A stretch of DNA of 43,467 nt from Candidatus Komeilibacteria bacterium. Its GTDB lineage: Bacteria > Patescibacteriota > Patescibacteriia > UBA1558 > GWA2-36-10. The stretch covers positions 1-43,467 of the forward strand of contig JABHYW010000035.1 in NCBI GenBank assembly GCA_018656655.1, read 5' to 3'. The notes under the pieces are model-generated. The model made no database searches. It saw only the letters and a program-made list of their open reading frames with translations, and had not been told where the DNA came from. Within the stretch, counting starts at the first letter, position 1. Each line of letters begins with the position of its first letter. Made by a program: the position numbers and the translations under genes. This document shows positions 36,847 through 43,111 of this stretch, piece by piece.

Positions 36847-37494
36847 ATGCCTGAATTTAAAGAACCTGCTATATCCTCAGCTAATCAGATGGGGCAAGGA
36901 AAGTGTAATAAAACAGAACAAGAGCCTAAGATTGTCATAAAAAAATCTAGTGAAGCTCCTCCAGAAGTAAAAGCTAACCCCTTCTATGATGCAGAGTGGT
37001 GGGGACGAGCAAATTCTCCTGATGATATATATCTGCCAGACTCTGATGAGGCCCTATCTTTTGCAATTGCTGCACACGAAATTGGCCATCTAATAGCGCG
37101 GGGGAAACGACTTGATACTGGTATAGACAATTTTGAAGCTACACTTGCCGAAGAACAAAGAGCCTGGGATATGGGTTGGGAATATATACAAAAATATCTT
37201 GGTGAATATTACGAAGACTCTCCAGAAGTAATCCCGACCATCGAACAAGCATTTCAAGAAATACGAAATATTCTAATGCAAATAACTAAACTGAGCGAAA
37301 GTATGTACTCTGGCCCTGGCTCCTTGGAAGAAAAAAGAGAACTGCTTTTATCCGAAAACGGAGAAGACATTAGAAAACTTATTGAAGATATGAAAAAAGA
37401 AAAAATTAACTTAAAGCCTGAATGGGACAGATTTACTACTATTGTAGAAAAAGCTGTAAAAGATATAATTTCTGATAATGTAACGCAAAAATAA
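36847..37494 (+). CDS. HExxH zinc-metallopeptidase-like protein (possibly ImmA/IrrE-like)
   Basis: AAHEIGHLIA followed about 25 aa later by EEQRAWDMG, which resembles HExxH...E(E/R)xAN.FA of COG2856-type peptidases. Motif-level call only. Confidence 0.5.
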   Translation: MPEFKEPAISSANQMGQGKCNKTEQEPKIVIKKSSEAPPEVKANPFYDAEWWGRANSPDDIYLPDSDEALSFAIAAHEIGHLIARGKRLDTGIDNFEATLAEEQRAWDMGWEYIQKYLGEYYEDSPEVIPTIEQAFQEIRNILMQITKLSESMYSGPGSLEEKRELLLSENGEDIRKLIEDMKKEKINLKPEWDRFTTIVEKAVKDIISDNVTQK

Positions 37495-37551
37495 AAACAA
37501 CTTAATTAGCTATGATAAGTACAATTAATAAAAATTTATTTTCTAAATTAT

Positions 37552-37929
37552 ATGAGTGAAAAAAAATTAAAAAGAGGAATATATTCTGACATAAAAGTAA
37601 TAGATTTAGGTAACAAAGAATTAATTTTTGTAGCAGGACAAATTGCTAGAGATAAAAATGGAGCAATAGCCCCAGATAATATAGAAGTACAGACTGAATT
37701 TATTTTTCAATCTATTAGCAAAATTTTAAAAGGAGCTGGCTCTTCTTTAGATGACGTAGTTAAAGCAGTAATTTATTTAACAAATATAGAAAACTTCTTA
37801 AAGATTTCAAAAGTTAGAGATAAGTACTTCGAAAAAGCAAAGCCTGTAAGTACTCTAGTAGAAATTGGAGCTACAACCAGGCCAGGATGTAATATCGAAA
37901 TAGAAGTGACAGCTGTTAGAAAAAAATAA
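37552..37929 (+). CDS. ridA: RidA/YjgF/L-PSP family reactive-intermediate deaminase
   Basis: 125 aa. Has GQIA.., DVVKAVIYLTNIENF and a C-terminal IEIEVTAV pattern. Confidence 0.88.
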   Translation: MSEKKLKRGIYSDIKVIDLGNKELIFVAGQIARDKNGAIAPDNIEVQTEFIFQSISKILKGAGSSLDDVVKAVIYLTNIENFLKISKVRDKYFEKAKPVSTLVEIGATTRPGCNIEIEVTAVRKK

Positions 37930-37944
37930 AACATTTTTAAAAAT

Positions 37945-37975
37945 AAAAATCACCTTAACTGGTGGTTTTTTGTTT
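37945..37975. repeat. Terminator-like repeat, copy 2 (aaaaatcaccttaactggtggttttttgttt)
   Basis: Terminator of ridA. It differs from copy 1 at one stem position. Confidence 0.75.
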
Positions 37976-37980
37976 ATTAA

Positions 37981-38000
37981 TTCGATTCCCCTCAGGGTTA
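37981..38000 (+). other. tRNA 3'-end-like fragment (T-loop, T-stem 3' half, acceptor 3' half)
   Basis: TTCGATT-CCCCT-CAGGGTT-A has tRNA geometry, but no matching 5' half precedes it. Confidence 0.25.
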
Positions 38001-38040
38001 AATAAAAAAATAACACTAATATTAGTGTTAAATTTTCTAG

Positions 38041-38115
38041 AACTCCTTACGCCTGCCCTGAGCAAAATCCTGAGTTTATCAAAGGATGAGTCGAATGGGG
38101 AACCTTGGTTATAAA
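38041..38115 (-). repeat. GC-rich 3' repeat, copy A
   Basis: aactccttacgcctgccctgagcaaaatcctgagtttatcaaaggatgagtcgaatggggaaccttggttataaa. It contains the TAA stop of the HAD gene. Confidence 0.9.
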
Positions 38116-38738
38116 TTTGTAATATCTATTTCTGCAAAACTACTTACAATATAATCTGCCGGATAATCTTTTCTTTTATCATTAACTAAACCTATGCATT
38201 TCATTCCTGCATTTTTAGCTGCCCGCATACCATTAACACCATCCTCTATAACAATACAATCTTCTGGACTTACTTGTAATTGCCTGGCTGCTTCCAAAAA
38301 AATGTCTGGTGCTGGCTTGCCGTTAGAAACTTCTGTGCCACTTACTTTTACTAAAAAATATTCTTCTATGCCTAGTTCATTCAAAACTAATTTAATAAAT
38401 GGCTTTATAGATGCAGATGCAACCGCCAGTCTATAATCATTATTATAAAGAATCTTAATAAAATCCACAGAACCCGAAATTTCCTTTATTGTACCTTTAG
38501 CTTCTGAAAAAATCATTTCCCACTTTTCTTCGGTGACTTTTTCTAAATCAACTTGTTTTCCAAAATCAGAAAAAACTTTTGGAAAAAATTCTTCATCTGA
38601 AACACCTGCGTACTTTTCGGTTATTTCATCAGCCGATAATTGTATCCCATATTTATTTAACAATTTTTCTTCGTTGTTTGCTTGCAAATTTTGGGTGTCA
38701 GAGATGACACCATCCATATCGAATATAAAAACTTTCAT
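38109..38738 (-). CDS. HAD-IA hydrolase (beta-phosphoglucomutase-like)
   Basis: Motif I FDMDGVISDT, motif II ASAS, GKPAPD, and motif IV VIEDGVNGMRAAKNAGM. Confidence 0.85.
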   Translation of the reverse strand: MKVFIFDMDGVISDTQNLQANNEEKLLNKYGIQLSADEITEKYAGVSDEEFFPKVFSDFGKQVDLEKVTEEKWEMIFSEAKGTIKEISGSVDFIKILYNNDYRLAVASASIKPFIKLVLNELGIEEYFLVKVSGTEVSNGKPAPDIFLEAARQLQVSPEDCIVIEDGVNGMRAAKNAGMKCIGLVNDKRKDYPADYIVSSFAEIDITNL

Positions 38739-38778
38739 AATTTAAGTATACAAAAAAACGCCTATAAAGGCGAATTTT
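38739..38778 (-). repeat. Conserved start-proximal module, copy 1 (terminator hairpin plus TATACT box abutting the ATG)
   Basis: Minus strand reads aaaattcgcctttataggcgtttttttgTATACTtaaattATG. Near-identical to 39927..39966. Confidence 0.8.
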
Positions 38779-38807
38779 ATTTACAGGTTATAAAACTGTA
38801 CGTTTGG

Positions 38808-38880
38808 AACTCCTTACGCCTGCCCTGAACAAAATCCTGAGTTTATCGAAGGATGAGTCGAATGGGAACCCTGGTTATAC
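38808..38880 (-). repeat. GC-rich 3' repeat, copy B
   Basis: Starts 3 nt after the S66 peptidase stop. Differs from the consensus at about 3 positions. Confidence 0.9.
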
Positions 38881-38882
38881 GT

Positions 38883-39926
38883 TTATTTATCTTTTAACCA
38901 TGTCTCTACTAGGTTGACTTTTTTATTCTGACAGTCAATCTCTGCTTTCACTCCTAATGGTAAAATTAGTTGCGGATCAGTGTGACCAATATCAAAATTA
39001 GCCACAACTGGTAAATTTGGCTTATTAAATTCTTTTGAAATAATATTAATTATTTTATCTTCTAATTCTTTTTTTTCATCATCTGAGTAATCTCTTGCAC
39101 GTGAAAAAATAAACCCACTTATTTGATCAAATACGCCCAACATCCCATAGTTTCTTAAAACATGATCTACATAATGTAATGATGGTTTTTCTTCTGATGT
39201 CTCAAGAAAAAATATTTTATTTTTCCAAAATTTTTGCGAAGGCCAAAATTTTGTTGCCTTCATCATTTCTAAAACTTCAATACAGCCACCAAATAGCTCA
39301 CCCTGAACCCTTGTGTCCCCTTGAAGCCAGTGCCAGCCGTCATTATTTTTTAATTGATTCACTTTTCCTAAATTTTTTTTGTTTGCCCAATCAGGGTAAC
39401 CATCGGAATATTTTTCGTAAGCCTTGTATTCATAATTATCTCCTGGTTCAAAAAGTATTTCTCTAACATGAGCTTTAAAATTTTCTGGCAAACTGTTCAT
39501 TTGCGAAAAACCAGCCATAATTGACGGTCCATAAAAACTAATAAGTCCCAACAAAGAGGCAAACGTGTGAAGCGTTGAAGTGTCCGAATAGCCAATTAAT
39601 ATTTTTGGATTATTTATAATAATATCTTTATCTAGAAAGGGTAAAATACGTACCGAATCATCACCACCAATTGAGGTAAAAATAGCTTTGACCTCAGGAT
39701 CTGCAAAAGCATCATTAATATCTTTTGCTCTAATACGCGGATTATCCCTTAAAAAAGTTGGCTCCATTCTAGTTGTTGGGAATTCTTTAATTTGCAAACC
39801 CCAGCTCTTTAATATCTTGAGGCCATTTTCATATACGTGTGTAAATACGCTTGGCCCTCCCCAAGATGGAGACAAGACCGCTACTGTATCACCAGAATTT
39901 AATTTTCTTGATTTTTTATATTTCAT
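38883..39926 (-). CDS. S66-family LD-carboxypeptidase (LdcA/MccF-like)
   Basis: GDTVAVLSPSWGG, the nucleophile motif GYSDTSTLH, and a C-terminal GHTDPQLILPLG. Confidence 0.85.
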   Translation of the reverse strand: MKYKKSRKLNSGDTVAVLSPSWGGPSVFTHVYENGLKILKSWGLQIKEFPTTRMEPTFLRDNPRIRAKDINDAFADPEVKAIFTSIGGDDSVRILPFLDKDIIINNPKILIGYSDTSTLHTFASLLGLISFYGPSIMAGFSQMNSLPENFKAHVREILFEPGDNYEYKAYEKYSDGYPDWANKKNLGKVNQLKNNDGWHWLQGDTRVQGELFGGCIEVLEMMKATKFWPSQKFWKNKIFFLETSEEKPSLHYVDHVLRNYGMLGVFDQISGFIFSRARDYSDDEKKELEDKIINIISKEFNKPNLPVVANFDIGHTDPQLILPLGVKAEIDCQNKKVNLVETWLKDK

Positions 39927-39966
39927 ATATTAAGTATACAAAAAAACGCCTACTAAGGCGAATTTT
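39927..39966 (-). repeat. Conserved start-proximal module, copy 2
   Basis: Minus strand reads aaaattcgccttagtaggcgtttttttgTATACTtaatatATG. Confidence 0.8.
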
Positions 39967-39970
39967 CTGG

Positions 39971-40044
39971 AGCTCCTTACGCCTGCCCTGAGCAAAATCC
40001 TGAGTTTATCGAAGGATGAGTCGAATGGGGACCTTGGTTATAAA
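39971..40044 (-). repeat. GC-rich 3' repeat, copy C
   Basis: Starts 14 nt after the stop of the small membrane protein gene. Confidence 0.9.
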
Positions 40045-40057
40045 TTAATCTAAAAAA

Positions 40058-40306
40058 CTATTTACCTTGCTCTTTAACAATAAATACCAATATAATAACA
40101 AATGTAACAATTCCTAATAGATATAGATTCTCAGATCGTACTCCTATAAGATGAAGAAAGCTCGCAACTACAGCAATTAGCAAAAAATAAACTATTGGAT
40201 TTCCAAAAATTTTCTTGATATTCTTTCTATCTTCTACAATTGTGGCTATTAGAACACCGCCAAAGAATAAAAAAAATAAAATTACTATTATATAATCGAA
40301 AATCAT
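40058..40306 (-). CDS. Small membrane protein (82 aa, about 3 TM)
   Basis: Hydrophobic ORF 16 nt downstream of the NYN gene. Likely co-transcribed with it. Confidence 0.45.
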   Translation of the reverse strand: MIFDYIIVILFFLFFGGVLIATIVEDRKNIKKIFGNPIVYFLLIAVVASFLHLIGVRSENLYLLGIVTFVIILVFIVKEQGK

Positions 40307-40322
40307 ATATCTACTTTAATAA

Positions 40323-40874
40323 TTATAGAGATATTCGTTTAAAGAATGATTTACGAGCACGCCTTGTAATATCAGAAGATTTCCTTAAGGCTCCAGAAAA
40401 ATATCCTCTAAAAAATAAAACTTCTACCCGTTTACCAAGTTTTTTAGTATTTTCTAATGCGCTTGTAAAGTCGCCATCATTAGAAACAAGAACAACCGCA
40501 TCACATTCCCCTAGAGCAGCATGCGCCACCATATCTGAACAAATCTGAGTATCAACATTCTTTTCTTGTGGTTCTGATTTACCTCCCTGCAAATACCCGT
40601 ATTTAATTTCTACCTTGTCCAATTTATCCACTGCTGAATAATATTTACTTGCCATTGCATGCCTATTTCTACTCTCGTCACTTTCGCTAAGTAGCCATGC
40701 TGGCGGTGGTACACAATAAAAATAGACTTTACCTAATTCCCTTGAACCAACAAGTGATTTTGATAATTCTAAAGGATCATACATTTGAACCCAATAAGAA
40801 TCCTCTAAAGATTCGTTTATCTTCCTAATGTTTTTAAAAACATTGCTATTATCTATGTATACATTGACTTTCAT
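40323..40874 (-). CDS. NYN-domain (LabA/DUF88-like, PIN-related) putative ribonuclease
   Basis: N-terminal VYIDNSNVF, internal EKNVDTQI, and VLVSNDGDF, matching the acidic motifs of NYN domains. Confidence 0.72.
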   Translation of the reverse strand: MKVNVYIDNSNVFKNIRKINESLEDSYWVQMYDPLELSKSLVGSRELGKVYFYCVPPPAWLLSESDESRNRHAMASKYYSAVDKLDKVEIKYGYLQGGKSEPQEKNVDTQICSDMVAHAALGECDAVVLVSNDGDFTSALENTKKLGKRVEVLFFRGYFSGALRKSSDITRRARKSFFKRISL

Positions 40875-41071
40875 TGTGATGTGGTATTATTTTGAGTATA
40901 ACAAAAGAGGGCTTTCACCCCCTCTCGTTGCTTATCCTCGCCGAAGCAAAAGATAAGGATTTCTTAATCTAAGTTTTACATGAAAGAGATTATTTGTCAA
41001 GTAGTTTAATACGTAAAAAATAACCCCTGAGGATTAGTTTTCATTTTTAGGTTATAAACCCAGGTGTCTGG

Positions 41072-41145
41072 AGCTCCTTACGCCTGCCCTGAGCAAAATC
41101 CTGAGTTTATCGAAGGATGAGTCGAATGGGAACCATGGTTATAAA
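41072..41145 (-). repeat. GC-rich 3' repeat, copy D
   Basis: Contains the TAA stop of the S51 peptidase gene. Flanked by direct GGTTATAAA repeats at 41050-41058 and 41137-41145. Confidence 0.9.
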
Positions 41146-41765
41146 TTAATTTCTTTTTTATTACCAATTAATTCTACTTCATCATCTTTAACTAGTAGAG
41201 CCTGCTCATCATTTAAAATTTTTACTTGATATTTGGTATTTTTAATGGCATCTATAAGTATTTTTTTGTTCTTTGGATCATAATGTACAGACATTAAGAA
41301 CGGAACATAATTAAGCCCTGTCAAATCTTTTAAACTATACCTTGGTTTACTGTCTGTTTTCCATGTGGCCATTTCAATGGTAGGACACATTATATAGCTA
41401 CCAGCACTTGAACCCACATATACAATGCCTTCCTCTATCAATTTACGAAGTGTTTTATCAAAACCAGATTCTTTGATAACCTTCAATAGATAAAAAGTAT
41501 TACCTCCTTCTATATAAATAGCATCCTTATCTTTTAATTTAGCTAATAATTCATCTTGATTTTGCCCCTCAATATCAATTTCTTCAAAATCCCAACCCAT
41601 CTCAATCATACTATCCCTGCGTATCTCTAAATATGATAAATCATCAATAACTTTAGCTGCTGTCGTAATCCAGGCTACTTTTAAATCGCTACCTTGTTTA
41701 CCAATTATCTCTGGCAAAAATTTGCTGACAGTTTTTCCACTTGATGTTAATAATAGAGTTTTCAT
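41139..41765 (-). CDS. S51-family peptidase (peptidase E / cyanophycinase-like)
   Basis: IYIEGGNTFYLL and the nucleophile segment VGSSAGSYIM. Confidence 0.8.
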   Translation of the reverse strand: MKTLLLTSSGKTVSKFLPEIIGKQGSDLKVAWITTAAKVIDDLSYLEIRRDSMIEMGWDFEEIDIEGQNQDELLAKLKDKDAIYIEGGNTFYLLKVIKESGFDKTLRKLIEEGIVYVGSSAGSYIMCPTIEMATWKTDSKPRYSLKDLTGLNYVPFLMSVHYDPKNKKILIDAIKNTKYQVKILNDEQALLVKDDEVELIGNKKEINL

Positions 41766-41846
41766 AAATTAATATTATCAAAAAATGTCAACATTGGCGA
41801 ATTTTATACAAACAAAAAAACAAGTATTAAACTTGCTTTCTTGTGG

Positions 41847-41872
41847 AGCTCCTTATGGACCTTGGTTATAAA
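41847..41872 (-). repeat. GC-rich 3' repeat, copy E (short form lacking the roughly 49-nt core)
   Basis: agctcctta|tggaccttggttataaa retains both ends of the repeat joined directly. Confidence 0.75.
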
Positions 41873-41906
41873 TAAAAAGTACCCAATTATAATATAATTG
41901 GGTACC
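41873..41906 (-). terminator. Terminator after the fabD remnant
   Basis: Perfect 12-bp gtacccaattat/ataattgggtac hairpin followed, on the minus strand, by TTTTTA. Confidence 0.75.
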
Positions 41907-41910
41907 CTAA

Positions 41911-42288
41911 CTAAACACTTTGTATCTTAACTGTATTGTCTATTTTTTTAATTAATGCTTGCAATACTTTTCCAGGGCCAATTTCTGTAAAACTATTAGC
42001 GCCATCAAAAATCATATTCCTTATAGTTTGGGTCCACCTTACAGGCCGAACAAGTTGTGCAACTAAGTTTTGTTTTATTTCATCGGGATCAAGCGATGGA
42101 CTAGCACTTACATTCTGATATATTGGGCAAATAGGGCACTTGAATTTTGTGCCTTCAATTACAGTCCTAAGCTCCTGCTCAGCTACCTGCATCAATGGCG
42201 AGTGAAATGCTCCGCCAACTTCCAGCTGAATTATTTTTCTTGCGCCTTCTTTTTTGAGTTTAACAATGGCAATATCTAGATTGACCAG
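41911..42288 (-). pseudogene. fabD: Malonyl-CoA:ACP transacylase (FabD) C-terminal remnant
   Basis: The open frame reads ..KIIQLEVGGAFHSPLMQVAEQEL...VRPVRW...FTEIGPGKVLQALIKKI, which matches roughly the last 125 aa of FabD. The N-terminal roughly 60%, including the GHSxG nucleophile, is absent, and an in-frame stop lies at 42289-42291. Confidence 0.7.
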
Positions 42289-42652
42289 CTATAAATTTTG
42301 ATTTATCTTTTTTGATATATTTTTTAATATTACTTAAAAAGTGAACTAATCATAGCAAAAAATTCTATAATTGTCAATAATACCCAATAAAATAAGGTGT
42401 TTTGAGGTGTTAGGGACTATAAGGCATGATTAGAGCCTTTTTTGATAAGAAATCTTGACATATATCTAAAAATTGGTTAGTTTTACTTTAAATAAACATA
42501 ATATATTGTCCTTTCACAAAAGAAAAAGTCACTCATTTTACAACCACAATTTTAACAATTTAGGAGGTGTGCAATGTTTACAAGCCTGACATCAGGCATC
42601 TTACTGGAGCATAGCTCCAGATTGTTTCGTACTTATAACCGAAGGAGTAGCC

Positions 42653-43096
42653 ATGTCTAGATATCCCTACCTTCCGGTCATCCACACGGATGACGACAAT
42701 CGTCTTGAAATGAACTCTTTCCGTCACGAGCTCTTGAGAAACCTAATACTCCCTACTTTCCATAGTCCTTCTACTATAGTCGTGGAAGATCCTATGACTG
42801 TGGTAGCTCGAGAAGAGCCCAAGTTGGTTATTGACCTTTACAAAAAGGGTCTCGAGACCAAAGAGCGAATGCATTATTTAGATGTTGCTTCTTCTCTTAA
42901 ACAAAAGCGTGATGATGTTCTTTCGCAGTTGGCGTCTGACCACTCTAAGCTTTTGGCTCAAGCGGTTGTATCTCGTCCTGACATGAATACTTTTGAGGTT
43001 GAAACCGAAACGCCATTCGAACAGTCCTTGTTCGATAGAGTTTTCAGAATGGGTACCAGAAATCTGAGCCTCAAAACTACCTTGAAACTCAGTTAA
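42653..43096 (+). CDS. Hypothetical protein in a GC-richer segment
   Basis: 147-aa ORF preceded by GAAGGAG. Codon usage and G+C visibly differ from the rest of the window. No family recognised. Confidence 0.5.
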   Translation: MSRYPYLPVIHTDDDNRLEMNSFRHELLRNLILPTFHSPSTIVVEDPMTVVAREEPKLVIDLYKKGLETKERMHYLDVASSLKQKRDDVLSQLASDHSKLLAQAVVSRPDMNTFEVETETPFEQSLFDRVFRMGTRNLSLKTTLKLS

Positions 43097-43111
43097 ATCA
43101 GGAGGTCTATA

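Noticed and set aside
37981-38000. A tRNA gene.
   Set aside because: Only the T-loop and the 3' strands are present. No complementary T-stem 5' half, anticodon arm or acceptor 5' strand lies upstream. I reported it only as a fragment.
38085-38100. A hammerhead-like core (GGATGAGTCGAAT) inside the repeat.
   Set aside because: The CUGA part of CUGANGA is absent (AGGAUGAG instead). There is no room for stem II between GAUGAG and GAA, and no plausible cleavage-site helix.
38041-41872. The repeats as integron attC sites in a classical integron.
   Set aside because: - I could not find the R''-L''/L'-R' imperfect palindrome. Only short internal stems form, such as AUCCU/AGGAU.
- The GTTATAA ends occur as direct rather than inverted copies.
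- No intI-type integrase or attI is adjacent; the only recombinases are about 22 kb away and look Xer-like.

I kept this as a hypothesis to test with the attC covariance model, not as a call.
38041-41872. The repeats as a CRISPR array.
   Set aside because: The repeats are about 74 nt long and are separated by 0.7-1.2 kb of recognisable protein-coding genes, not by 25-50 nt spacers. No cas genes are present.
42574-42660. A 28-codon ORF (MFTSLTSGILLEHSSRLFRTYNRRSSHV) with an AGGAGG site, overlapping the start of ORF 42653.
   Set aside because: The RBS spacing is plausible, but the ORF is very short and no family was recognised. I mention it only within the boundary finding rather than as a feature.
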